Source: Amoebophrya sp. A120
Lineage: Eukaryota; Protista; Dinoflagellata
Assembly: GCA_905178155.1 (NCBI GenBank)
Contig: CAJINV010000024.1
Span: 75,494 to 139,493, forward strand
Length of the DNA: 64,000 nt
Direction of reading: 5' to 3'
Part shown: piece after piece, positions 22,836 to 35,030 of the stretch
How positions within the stretch are numbered: the stretch's first letter is position 1
Layout: each line of letters begins with the position of its first letter
Program-made: the position numbers and the translations under genes
The notes under the pieces: generated by a model
Told to the model about the DNA's origin: nothing
Database searches by the model: none
What the model saw: the letters and a program-made list of their open reading frames with translations, nothing else

Positions 22836-23846
22836 TCATTTGAATACGGACCCAAGACCGTGCATTGCGGTAATCTGCGTCTGCGCCATTGCGAACGCGG
22901 CGATGACAGCCAGAAGTGCTACAGCGGCAAGGAACTTTTGCGGCGCCGCCCGTCTTTCCCACAGCCCTGCGAAATTCTGCGCGACCAGGTCTTTGATCTC
23001 TTGAAACTGTCCACGCCGAATGATTTGCGCCGGTGGCTCGTGGGTGATAAGGCACGTTTCTTCCGTCGGAGCAGCTTCCGCGGCCGGGGCTACAGGCAGA
23101 CCAGGCGCAGGCTCGCTCTGGGTCTGAGCATCAATGCGAGTGGACAGCCCAGACGAACCTGGGGCAGCTGAATCACTTTGCGTTTCGGCGTCAATACAGT
23201 GCGGTGACCCAGGCGCAGCTAGTGCGAGTTCGCTCTGGGTCTCTGCGTCAATGCCCGTAGCTGTTGGCTCGCTCTGGGTATGTGCATGGACGCAGTGCGG
23301 AGCGTGGGTGCGCGAGCGTCGCTGTACAACCTCTTCCTTCGGCAGAGGTGGACCTGCAGGCAAGCCATACCGTCCTAGTACGGTGTCCCGTGTCAGGCCG
23401 CGTCTTTTTACTTTTTTCTCCCGAACGTCGTCGTGCTGACCACGATGTTGCCGCACTGAAAGCCTCCGCTGCCCAGATTCACTGCTTGTGGCGGCCGATC
23501 CAGTCCGCGTCGCGCGCGCCGATGGCCGTCGTGGTGGCGAAGGGGAGCGGGGGGCAGGCAATCCAGCCCGCGTCACGCGCGCCGATGGCCGTGGTGGTGG
23601 CGAAGGGGAGCGGGGCCGCCCGGAGAGCGGGGCCGCCGGGATCGGGAGGCGCAGAGGGGGAAAGGGGAGGCGGACCTTTTCTGGCAGATCGATTAGACGT
23701 GAAGACGGGCTGGTCGAGGCCACGCGACGAGCAGGCAAGTCCTCGTCTGAAGTGCCCGATCTAGGAGTGGACTTCCGAGCGGCCGTTCGGCTACGACGGT
23801 ACACCGGCCCAGTCCATAGCGACTGGTCCCGCAAGAGCTGTTGCAT
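22836..23846 (-). CDS. Hypothetical Pro/Arg/Ser-rich protein or exon with four (I/V)xAxTQS repeats
   Basis: 336-aa ORF; 60-bp tandem coding repeat at ~23500-23620; hydrophobic C-terminal stretch FLAAVALLAVIAAFAMA. Confidence 0.5.
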   Translation of the reverse strand: MQQLLRDQSLWTGPVYRRSRTAARKSTPRSGTSDEDLPARRVASTSPSSRLIDLPEKVRLPFPPLRLPIPAAPLSGRPRSPSPPPRPSARVTRAGLPAPRSPSPPRRPSARATRTGSAATSSESGQRRLSVRQHRGQHDDVREKKVKRRGLTRDTVLGRYGLPAGPPLPKEEVVQRRSRTHAPHCVHAHTQSEPTATGIDAETQSELALAAPGSPHCIDAETQSDSAAPGSSGLSTRIDAQTQSEPAPGLPVAPAAEAAPTEETCLITHEPPAQIIRRGQFQEIKDLVAQNFAGLWERRAAPQKFLAAVALLAVIAAFAMAQTQITAMHGLGSVFK

Positions 23847-24126
23847 CCAGTCCTCAGACCCCGAAGAATCAGCATCACTGCTGTCGCCGTCGTGCCCACC
23901 GTCGGAGCGAAAAGGGTGACCACCTGCAAAGGCATTTTATATCATTGTCACTGCCTCACCACTGCACTATGTTGAATTAGGTCCTACAATCTAATAGCAT
24001 TTTTCCATCTCGGCCGGGGAACGTGGTGTACCAACCAGATATTCACGACAAGACACCACGGGCTGGCAGAGATCATGCATTGGTCAATAAACTTCCCACG
24101 ACATACAACAAAGATCAGCGAAAGTG

Positions 24127-24906
24127 TCAGTTCTTACCTCGGCAAAACTGCCCAGGCTTCAGCGGAAAGCGAACCAACTCTAGTTCGGCTTTGTAGACAG
24201 GGAAAGGTGGATTTGGATATGGGGCCTCGTCTTCTGCTCCTGCTTGCTCCTCATCAAAAGGCCTCCACCCGGGCCTCAGGCGCGTCGGCAGAGTGCTCCT
24301 CAGCAAAACTTCCACAAGCAATCGCCCCTGGTCTCGGAAAGCAAAAGTACCGGAGAGGTACTCGTACTCCTTTCCGCGCTGCTCGCGCAAGACTTCTCCC
24401 CGCTTCTCTGCTTCAATGACTCGGCGTAGATCACGTCGCGAGACTTCTTCCCACGAAAGGTCCTGCTCCTGCTGACCGGGAGCTACTTGGTCGCGCAACC
24501 TGTCCCACCGTTTCCAAAGTTTCCCACGTCTAGGGCCGTTGCTGCCATGCTGGGGTTCACGAACCTCCTCCCACAGCAACACCCGAAAAGCATCTGCCGG
24601 TTTGCTTCTCAATATCTTCACGTGGTCAGACCACGCGGTCATACCACGTGACAAGACCAGGTCTGCCCAAACCTCGCCGCCCGTGCGGTTGGCATGCTGG
24701 ACGTACCCTTCCAACGCGGCCGCACACCGCTTCTGCAGGTCCCCTACGGTGTCGTCACGCAGAACTGGAAACGCTCGGGACACCTCCATCATGGGGCCAT
24801 TCGCATGCAGCTGCGTTTTCAGGGTCGCGTAGAAAAGCTTGCCGTTTTCTCGATGAGGAAGGTCCAGCCGGACTGTAGATGTTTTCGGAGAAGAAATTAT
24901 ACACAT
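24127..24906 (-). CDS. Hypothetical protein or exon
   Basis: 259-aa ORF with globular-looking composition. Confidence 0.45.
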   Translation of the reverse strand: MCIISSPKTSTVRLDLPHRENGKLFYATLKTQLHANGPMMEVSRAFPVLRDDTVGDLQKRCAAALEGYVQHANRTGGEVWADLVLSRGMTAWSDHVKILRSKPADAFRVLLWEEVREPQHGSNGPRRGKLWKRWDRLRDQVAPGQQEQDLSWEEVSRRDLRRVIEAEKRGEVLREQRGKEYEYLSGTFAFRDQGRLLVEVLLRSTLPTRLRPGWRPFDEEQAGAEDEAPYPNPPFPVYKAELELVRFPLKPGQFCRGKN

Positions 24907-25938
24907 GACGAGTACTATAGGTACAAACTGATATTTAGTTCCCAGACTCGAGAACGAAATACAATTGGTGCTAGTAATTCTAATTCAAAACATGCCTGTT
25001 GTAATGCAAATCTGGCGGCATTTGGAGATTCGTGAGAACAGAGCAGGAATTATCCACACGTCCAGAAAGAACGCGGATAACGTTTTGGAAACCTTTTATG
25101 CAAAAACTTACACAAAACCCAAACAATGATGGTACCAGGTGGGGTGCAAACATCTGCCGCGTCTCGAAACGCCTCGTCGATGTATATCGCCGGAAAGACA
25201 AAACGCTTCCCTGGAGCTCTGTACGCATTTTCATACGCCGTCGAGTACATGACGTGGAGCAACCGACAATAGCGACTCTTCTTCTCGTCAAGGGAGGCTG
25301 CGTCTCCGGGGAGGTAGGTTTTTTCCCACTTTTCGATTTCAGCTGCGGGGTTTTAGATCATCATGAAATGTTTATCGAAAAGAATTGAGGCGGCTGCAGC
25401 ATGGGGCCTGGCCGTCTATGTTGGGTACCGACCTACTTGCCCAAGCACGAAAACTCAAAAAAAATTGAAGTTGACGTGTCTACAGTGCACGCGGAGCAAC
25501 TGAAGCAGGGCTACTTGTCAAGGGTGTCCGAATGCGAGAAAAATGGCGCCTCGCAAAGAAATCTACGCTAATATTTTTTTCCAAAATATATTTATACCGA
25601 CGCAGGCTGGTATCAGAACCATCTGTCTGGTTTCCACATAGATGTGCTGGTCTGGGCCCGTGTCGAAACCAAAGATCATCTCGGTGCAGCGGGCGACGCG
25701 GTTCTTCCACTCGTCCATCGGAAGTTCTTGTTGTCACACGGAAAGCTCCCGCCTGACACCACTCATTTCACTTTTGCTGATCGGAGACATTCTTAAATTA
25801 CACCGCATTCCATCTTCCACAGTGCTGTGGCGAGGATCAATATATTTATATTCCTAAAGTTTGGTGTTGTTCGCAATGCAAACCCCGTCTCTTTTCCTCA
25901 TGAGCGCGGCTCTCGGTTGATTAGCTTTAGCCGTATTA

Positions 25939-27210
25939 TCAGGCGCGTATCATCTTGTACAGCTGCATTCGTTTGGGTATGGGAGTGACAAACAATAGAT
26001 GGCGTCCCAGCGGGTACATTTTTCCGTGTGATAAATATGCGAGATAAGCAATTTCCCGGAGCACCTTTGTCGGACTGAATCCTTGGGCGTGGGTGAACCC
26101 TCCATTGTGCAAGGGCAAGTCCTGAAGGCGGGGACCCAGTTTGAAAATCAAGTGTCGCAAAATGTGTTCCGCGTCTATATCGTATCTGCCGCTCCGCCTG
26201 CGGATGTGGTTCATAAAGGACAAGAAAAAATTGTCGTACAGGTTTGTGCCGAGCTCCTGTTGCAGGTGCTCCAAAGATGCGTTGGCTCTAGCGTGCGTCT
26301 TCTTCTGTTGTTCCTCGGATTCGGTACTAGATGAACTACTGCTAGAACTGGTGGACGCGGAGCCAGAGTCTTCTTCATCACCGGACACCTCCGCAAGCTC
26401 CTCTGCGTCGAGCTCATCTGTTTTAGGCTCTGAAAAGCTAATCTGCACGCTGCTGGCGTCCAATTTCTTTTCAGGAATTTCACGGTAACCCCCGATTGTC
26501 AATACGTCCGCTCGCTGCTCCCATTTTGTTTTGTCTGTAGAGTGTAGCCGAAGCCTGCTACCGCTCCGAACGGAGGGAGGGTCGAGCACCAGCGCCTTCT
26601 TCGCCCCGTCGCTTCCGGGCGATTTTGTTCGAGATCGCCGCGCGGCCCTGCCAGAGTCGCGCTGGCTGACATTACTTAAGGTGGCTTTACTAGCACCACT
26701 GCGACCGGAAGACATTCCTGTCCTTGGCGGGCCTCCCGAACTGCGGCCCGCGGTCCCTGTACTTCCTTGGGCTGCCTTTGGGAAAAGGGAGGCTGGAGGC
26801 TTGGTCAGCTGCCCAACCACCATGGTGGGGGCATTAGCAGTCTCCGCTGGTGTAGTGAGAGCTCGTTCCCGATTAAGAATGTCGGTTGTGCCGGCGAACA
26901 TTTCTGCGATGCTTCCAATCGTGTCTCTTTCAGCTGCGACGCGCCCGCCAACATCCTCTGACGCAGGGGATTTCCTCCACGCCAAGATATTTTCAAACAC
27001 GGCAGCAACGTGCATAGCCACGCCTCCGCCGATAGTGCCTTGTACACTCTCACCCGCGAGTCGCGCAAGCTGCTGAAGCAGGACACCGGCGACAAAAATT
27101 TGTCCGGAAGAAAGCTCTGCCTCGCAGCGTTTCCAGGTTGCAATCGTCAAAACGCCATCGTTTCTAGCACCGCGGGCAATCAGCGCCAGCTGTTTTCGTA
27201 TTTCAGCCAA
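25939..27210 (-). CDS. Hypothetical protein or large exon
   Basis: 423-aa ORF with Ser/acidic linker. Confidence 0.55.
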   Translation of the reverse strand: MAEIRKQLALIARGARNDGVLTIATWKRCEAELSSGQIFVAGVLLQQLARLAGESVQGTIGGGVAMHVAAVFENILAWRKSPASEDVGGRVAAERDTIGSIAEMFAGTTDILNRERALTTPAETANAPTMVVGQLTKPPASLFPKAAQGSTGTAGRSSGGPPRTGMSSGRSGASKATLSNVSQRDSGRAARRSRTKSPGSDGAKKALVLDPPSVRSGSRLRLHSTDKTKWEQRADVLTIGGYREIPEKKLDASSVQISFSEPKTDELDAEELAEVSGDEEDSGSASTSSSSSSSSTESEEQQKKTHARANASLEHLQQELGTNLYDNFFLSFMNHIRRRSGRYDIDAEHILRHLIFKLGPRLQDLPLHNGGFTHAQGFSPTKVLREIAYLAYLSHGKMYPLGRHLLFVTPIPKRMQLYKMIRA

Positions 27211-27327
27211 TATGTCAGATCATGAGCAGTACTACTACACGCAAACAATTAGAAAGCCCATGTCCTTGTTTTCCCCATTATATCAACTTGGTGCTTACGA
27301 GGAACTAGTGCTGACAACATGGAGACA

Positions 27328-29461
27328 TCACCAAACAAAAAATCTCCTAACACTGTAAAACCATAGGCCTACTCCTCGCCTCCGTAGCCATATACATGAG
27401 TCTGGGTCTACGATATACTGCGTAATTCTGAAAAAAGACGTGCAAAGCTGCAGGCCCGAGAAAATAAAATCGGATGATACCTGGCTCGCATCCTGCTCTT
27501 CCTGCTCCTTTGACGACAGTGTCTTCCCTGCAAATCGGTCCAGCCCACGAACGAACAGGTAGCTGTCCGCGAATAGGAGCCCCAGCCTCGGCGCTGCGTT
27601 CGCAACGGCCATTCGGAGGGTTTCTCCAAAGTCAAGCCTCTGCTGCCTTCGTGTCAGCTGTTCTTTGTTCCACCATCCTACCGCTGATCCAGGTTTATCA
27701 CTCCCAAGTACCACGACGCCCAAAAAGGTGAGCGATGCATTCCCTTCAGGTCCCTGGCGCCGTCCGGCTGTGGTCGATGGCGACGCAACGTCGCGACTAC
27801 CCGTCCCTGTCCCACCACGGGATGTCTTTGTTGGAGGCTTTCTTTTCACATCTGCGGGCCCCGGTTTTCTCTTGCCCCCAGGCTGATCACCATCGTCATC
27901 ATCGCCGGGCGGAAAAAAGTCGCCTCTGCCATCATTACCACTTCCTGGCGGCGGATGGCCTGTATCGATTGCATAATTGGTATCCATCTTAGCCGTCTTG
28001 TCCTGCCGAAGACGAGATTCCATGTGATGCCATTCATCATAGCATACGTAGATTTACCTCCCGGCAAATAGAAGTCACATTCTTTGCCATTTCTGCCCTA
28101 CAAGTCCCGTTTATTGCAGGCAGCCGCAAGTTGATCCTTTGTCTAAATGAAAAGTAGAGTCAAGCTAGAACTACAAGTACCTGGACGCGGCGGCGTGCCA
28201 AACCCAAGTCGAAGGCCCAAGTTGGCGGGCAGAGCAGGGCCGGCTTGGATGCTCAGTGTTTGGAATGCTTCGCTTATCCCACTGTGGATGATGCCCATAC
28301 TAATTACGTTGCCGGCCAATGTATTCGTAATAGCTGGCTCGAAGAACGAAAAGTGGTGCATGGTGTTGTTGATTCGAGGATCAGGCTCAGGTGCCGCGAT
28401 CTGTCCTCCTGGTTGCAGAGAATGCTCTGCGAGACTCTCAAAGCGCGCTCTTGTAAGACTGCCATTCTCCGGAAGCGGTGTGTATCCCGGAAGCCGATCA
28501 GCGTTTTCCTTATACGCACGAAGCGCGCCGAGCACTGGCCAAAACGCATGTTTAAGTCTGCGGCCCATGAAAACCGGAAAGGTTGGCGCGACAACCAAAA
28601 AGTCCGGCTCTCTACCAGCTGTTCGAGGACGTGTACGGCCACCGCCCCATGTTGAGACACCAAGCTGCACAAACTTTGCGTACGACGCTGTAGCATCAGG
28701 ACCTGACGTTTTTGTTTTTCGTCATTGAGCGCGTGCAGTCGCAACTTCGTACAGTGCCAGACTAGGACGGACCGCGACTTTGAGATCTAGCAGGACAGGA
28801 CAGGAGTTAGGTGGTGATTGGCGGAGCCTCTTACTCAGTCCCTCGATAGACAGGAGCGGGCTTACATCTGTTCGCAGCCTGGCACACGACTAGGAAAGAG
28901 CAGCGTGGACGCCTCTCTGGCCTGAACAAAAGCCGGAACCCTAAACCCGTTTATGTACTGGGTCGTCTTACAAGGACGGTACTTATTCGTGCACAGATAT
29001 TCAGGACGGTGCTTATTCGTGCAAACGAGCGAGCTGCCCATCTTCCAAAAATGACCAACCACCCAGACAAGCGCAACATAGTACTCTCGCGAAATACACA
29101 AGATCATAGTTCTACCTGGCATCTCCCTGCAGTCATTTTTTGCATGGTCCAATTGCGTCCTCACGAAGAAATCGTCGTCGAGCATATCCTTTCCGCGATT
29201 TCTCTGGTACACAACTACGCCCTGGTCGGCGCCACCGCTCGGGCCGTCTTTGCCGACGTACATCACATACATCAAGCGACAATACCGCTCTCTCTTTTTT
29301 CTTGCTTGCTCCGCTGGTGAGTCAGCTTCCGTAAACTCCAACATCTCTGTGCGTTTCCACATTTCAAACTGCCTCGGATCTGCCGCTTGAGCTTCCCCTG
29401 TGATGCATTGATGTGTACAGAAAAAATCAAAATTCAGAACTATGGGCTCTAGAACCACCAA
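27328..29461 (-). CDS. Series of probable exons of a hypothetical gene (27328-28023, 28143-28670, 28862-29461)
   Basis: Consecutive 175-231-aa minus-strand ORFs separated by short gaps; exon joins not resolved. Confidence 0.4.
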
Positions 29462-29566
29462 ACAATATCAATATGAATATCGGTGTATTAAAGACCTGCA
29501 GATAATTGCTACCGTAGGGAAACGACCCGAATAGACGGATTTTTTCCCAGATTTCATGTAACATGA

Positions 29567-30274
29567 TCAGCTTCGTGAAGTTAACAAGATCGCAAAAGAT
29601 AGAAGCAAGCAGCGCTGGTTGATGTGACTGTGAATCTGAAAATAAACGTCAACTTGCGCTAAACAATAAAGCTGAAAATCAATTATACGCATGCAGGCAG
29701 GGAGCAAAATCATCTGTGGCGATTCAATGAGAATGCTCTCGTCGAATCTAAAAACCATCTGGTGGCATGTTGTCAGGGCTGCCTTCCATGTCTGATGATC
29801 CGATAATCCACGCAAGCGCAGGATGTGTCGGAGCACCCGTTCCGGTTGCACATCAAGCCCATTGCCCCAAGGAACCAGGGCGTTCTCGATGCTCTGTCCC
29901 TGCAGCAACGCCAATTCGCGGCCCAAGATCTCGAACAAATCGGCCATAACTCTGTCGGATTCAGTAGTAGAGAGGCCCAAGCCATTATGGTTGCGAGAAG
30001 CCCGCAGGGTCCCTTTCCTCAGCTCCTCGAAAGCATTCATGTAGATTTCGCAATTTTCACACTTCCCACAATGATTCCTCCGTGCAGTAAGTCTCCAAGA
30101 TGATGCCGCGCTGGCCGATCCTCCCGCGGACTGTGGACCGCTACCATGAGCCGAAGACAGCGCACGCGCAAGTACACAAGTTAGCACCAAAGAAACCAAA
30201 ATGGAACACACCGATAGGGGCCGCAAGAGGCCACCAACGGAGGCGCGCCGATGCCGATAACGAGAAGACGTCAT
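29567..30274 (-). CDS. Hypothetical protein with N-terminal signal/TM segment and CxxCxxC
   Basis: 235-aa ORF with ATG start; SVCSILVSLVLTCVLA; HCGKCENCE. Confidence 0.5.
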   Translation of the reverse strand: MTSSRYRHRRASVGGLLRPLSVCSILVSLVLTCVLARALSSAHGSGPQSAGGSASAASSWRLTARRNHCGKCENCEIYMNAFEELRKGTLRASRNHNGLGLSTTESDRVMADLFEILGRELALLQGQSIENALVPWGNGLDVQPERVLRHILRLRGLSDHQTWKAALTTCHQMVFRFDESILIESPQMILLPACMRIIDFQLYCLAQVDVYFQIHSHINQRCLLLSFAILLTSRS

Positions 30275-31614
30275 ATTCCAAACAGGGACGGCTCAACGCG
30301 GTCTCACGATGTCTAGATCTACCTGCTAGTGCTATTTACTTATGGAAACCAGATCCGCAAGGAATAGACAACTACGAAAGCCTATCAAAATCTCGCGAAA
30401 GCCAAAGCCTTGGCTGTATTTTTAACGAAAACCCTAGCAGCAGTATTGATCAAATTCAAATCTGAAAATAGGTTAATACATTAGATTACCTACCCCGCCT
30501 GCGGTTCCGATCAAAAGAAAATACTGCACAGGGCAGTTGAGGTTGTAAAAACTTTGTTGCTCCTTGAAAATTCCCGGATGATTACTTAGCCATTGATCTT
30601 GACGAGACACGCTTCTCCTGCATTGAAATTTCATAGAAAGACAGGAACTCATCTTTTTGAAAGCCTTTCAATGCATACAGTATGTGAGAACATCCATGTG
30701 CTTCGTTCGGATTTCAATTTTCTTCTAAGATCAATGAGCGTCCGAGATCCGATTGTCTAATATGCAGGGAGACCAGGTCTTCTTGACTAGGGAGCAACAG
30801 AATGCGGACTAGACCGCGGGAAATGCTCTTGCTCATTTTGATCCTCCATTTGCATTTGTGGGAACCAAATACAAGGTAAACGTAAAACCGAATTTCACCT
30901 TCAATGGCGTCGGTGGTGGAGTGGCTCATACATAAATCGATACAGACTCAAAGGAGCGAAGAGTTTGAATTTCAATTTTGGTCTTTTGAGCTAGCGTGAC
31001 GACGTTATAATCGGAACGTGGATTTCGGATCCTGAATTTGAAACGAACACTGCTCCAAAGCGGCTGCAACAGTGACCTGAGCCCAGCACAGTCGCTCTGC
31101 TTCCTGCAGGCAGTTATCTATATGGCGCTCCATTAAATAAGCCATACGTGATTCAGGCCGACCCGTGCGATCATACAATGCACTCATTCTGCGTGCGCGC
31201 ACAACCACTTCCTTTTGAGGAAATCAATTATGCCCCCTTGGGTGCCATCAACGCTGACGCCAGCCCGGCGGTTGTGGAGCGGAAACAATCGCAATCGAGT
31301 AAAATACGTATCTTCAAATAGGCACGTCGCTGAGGACGGACGACTTCATCATACGGACTTGTTTTTATTATTTGCAATGCTTAATCTGCGACCAGAGTGA
31401 ATATCTTTTACAAGAAAAAGTCAAATTTTGGCAGGCGCAGGTATACGACCACAATATGAATATTTTACAAAAAAAGTTAGTTCTTGTCAAAAAAAAACGT
31501 TCAAAAGGGTGAGCGCTATGGAAATGAATGGCAGCGGCAGCACCCCAAAATTATCCTACAACAATTGTAAAAGGCCGAGTTTGACCTCTGTGACAAGCTG
31601 GCCAAGACCGTAGC

Positions 31615-33688
31615 TTAAAATTCGTCATCGATCCTCGTTGGCCGAAACACGAGGTACCTTTCCGGGTTCTCCGCTAGCATCTTTGGGAACGGCTCTGCCC
31701 GGCGGCCAGGGCGTTTTTGGTACTTGAAGATATTTCGAAGGCGCTTTGCGTGGAAACTTCTCCAATCCCACTGAAATTGGTCATAGGACCAGCGCAGGCT
31801 CTTTCCATCGGAACCTCTGCGCCACTCGCGAGCGAATTGGCGGAACATTTTCCGGAAAAGTGGATACCAATCCTCGTTTAAGGGGTCACGGCTGACAAAC
31901 AGGTTCCGTCTGTAGTCTTCCTGCAACTCCGGACTTAGGCAATAACCTGAAGCAAATTTTTTTTGCTCTGAATGACCCTTACTGCCGCTTAACTTTATGA
32001 TCACGAGCGCTAAAGAACATTCATAGAGTGTGTGGATGTAATCGGACTGCAAATAGAGAGCGCTTCACCTATCAATCGCGGGATGCGAGCTGTGCAGCAA
32101 AACCCGAATGGCGTAATATGAACATGACAGGCACACAAGATTCCACTAGTCGTATGTGTCAAAAAAATACAACACATCAACAGAAACAGAGACAGATTCA
32201 AATTGACCACGGTATAAAACAGCCATCCACCACACTAGACGTACCATGCTTAATCGGAAAACTCAGCGAACTGTAAAGTCTTGACGAGTTCTGGAAGAGC
32301 AGTTCCGTTGCCATACCCAGACGGCACCTCGCTTCCAACACGTTGCGGTGTCGCCGATTCCGCGCCATGTTCACAGGCCTCGCAAAGTCCGCAGGGGCCA
32401 CTGAAGCTGTATCATCCTCCGTCTTCCCATTGTACTGGAAAAATGCATGGGCCACTGGCGGGTTCCAAATTACAACATTTCGGGTCTTCGTGGCGGATTG
32501 TTGACTCTTACTTTGCTTCCGTGGTTTTCCTCTCACAGAATGTTCGTGGAAAAAATCCAGCACTTCTCGAAAAAACGCTTTGTCGCTTTTGTGACATCCA
32601 GTCTTGAGCTTATCAGCGTCATACAGGGCGGGAATTGTCAGAGAAACACTGCCAGACGTCTCGTACACCGTAGCAGGATTGCACGTTTCTCTCACCATGG
32701 TCATGAGAAGTCGTACCTGGGGTAAGTAATATCCAGTTGATGTCAAAATTAAAGGCCCTTGCTGCCGCCTTCGTTGTGCATATCATCAACAGGCTAATAC
32801 ATTATATCGACGTAGCTTCTGCTTTTTCTCCTCCTGATACTAGACGCGTAGATCATAACTTGCCGTCAAAATCAAACGTAGAAGCCACGCCAGTATTTGA
32901 TTTTATATCCTAGTGTGTTTCGAAAAAAAATGCACCCACGAGCATGACTACAAAGTATCTATCTTTAATACGCTCCAGTCCGTTGCGGCCGGCGCAACCC
33001 GTTTCCCGCCCTCTTCTCGCGGTCTCTCGACCTTTTCTTGGAATTTTTGCAAATAGTCTGCTCCCAAATCAACCGTTGTATTCCAGTACTCGTGGGGCAT
33101 CTTTTGGCCCACTCTTTCGCGAAGAACTTCCAAGTACAGGTCTTCGCAACTGTCCGTGCGGCTTTCAAGGGACCTGCCTTCTTCTTGTTGCGCCTGCGCA
33201 GTGGTAGCAATCCTTGCGCCAAGTGCGTCTGCTTGGGATTTCCCCTTGCTCGTTTGCAGAATCGCGGCTGCATCGCTTGTAGACAAGAAACTGAGAATTC
33301 CGTTGTTCTCGTTTAAGAGGCCCGTATGCCCAGAAAGTAGCAGACCAGGTTCAATGTCCTTGATGTCGCCTAAAAGGTTTCTTGTGCGGTGTGACGACTC
33401 GGCGCTACCCCGGCACGCGCTACCCGAGTGCGTTCGTCCGCGTTCGCACTGACCTCCTGCTGATGTCTCCACATGACTGCGCGTCCTCCGGGAAGAGGAG
33501 GACGAGTTGGCTTGCAGCCTATCTTTCTTGTGAGTGTTTTCGTCGTGGACTGGAACTGCTCCCACGCAGGTCAACAACCCACATGCCAGGAGGCCCGACG
33601 GCCCCACGATTTTGCGTAGGACATTCATTTTCAGTAGTGAGAGTTGCGTCTTCGCGACGTCCACTTCAGGTTCAGACGGGTCGGACAC
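31615..33688 (-). CDS. Family X member 2 (multi-exon)
   Basis: Signal-like GLLACGLLTCVGA; same three motif blocks as member 1 in the same order. Confidence 0.7.
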
Positions 33689-35030
33689 AAATATATCTCA
33701 ATGCTTCGGAGTGACTTTCTTCTTCATACCGGGCAACGTTTTGATGATGTTCTCTAGCAAAATCTTGAGTGAATTCTAACAATCATGACACAACTGAACC
33801 AATGACGAAATATGCTATAGCTATTCTCTTACCAATTTATTAGGTACCATTATTGATTCGCAAATACACATCATTCAATTTGAGACTCAGCTCCACTTAG
33901 ACGGCAACACGACACACTTCCAAAGAAAATCAAATTCATCTATTACATCGGATCATACAAAATAATGGGTATCTAAAATATGTATTCTGCAAAAGAAGGA
34001 TTATACAGGGTTGTGAACTTCTGGATTGATCTATGTATGCTATCCAGCTAGGTACAAGCTCAGGCGATTTCCGCTAAAATATGGATTCCTTTCCGTATGC
34101 CATAGAAAAATGTCGCTGCTTCCTGGGGACGTTAAAAATGATGAATTGTTGTGCGGTAATTGTTCAGTGTAGCAAAGAGGCCGCTTCCAAAACTTCAATG
34201 ATGTTGATCTTTCCTCCGACCGCACATAGCGATTATTCAATTTCAAGAGCTAGTGTTGGTGCCTCAAACAAATTATTTGAACCATCTTGAATTTGGTCTT
34301 CGAGCGCGCATTCTGGCGTTCTTTTTCAAATAACACGCGAAGATCATACAGCTTGCTCATCCATTTGCACCCGCGAGAAAATGAATAGAATCAGGAAGCA
34401 AATGCGGCGGCCCCCCTGGAGGCGGTTGCTATGATCAGTTTCCATCTCTGTGATGAGTCAACTAGTCCTCGTCTACCACGAATCTTACAATATTTTGTGA
34501 AAGACAATTCAAGTCTCAATCAAAGTACTTGCTTGAGAAAGTCCGTATGGATGTGTGTCTGTACGTACTCCTCGTTCTACCATGAATTCTTGTCGCTGCA
34601 AAAAGATGATGCTGGTATGATGCAGCTGCCGTTCCCGTTTCTTGCGCACAAGTAAGCACTATGATGACACAAGTCCTCCCCGTAACACCCACCTCGGCGA
34701 TGTCAGCTGCAAATACAATTTCTTCTAGAAAAATCCAAGCGGCTGCAGCACGGAGGCGAACTTTCGTTTGATCTCCTCATCGACACGCGGATTGAAGGAC
34801 AGCATGCACAAAAAAACTAGCGAAGACTCACTGCTTGCTTCTCCGGGCTTTTGGAAAGTTCAGCGGGGTCTGAACCGAATACGAATCGTTTCCGTGGTCG
34901 CAGTTACGCATTTGCATAAACGGAACATACAAGTGAGGCGGCATCGAGGAAGCACAACCGTAGCATTGATATCTATGAACTTTCCAACTCAGCCCCCAAA
35001 GAATGCAAGACGTAAATCTTCGGCAACATT

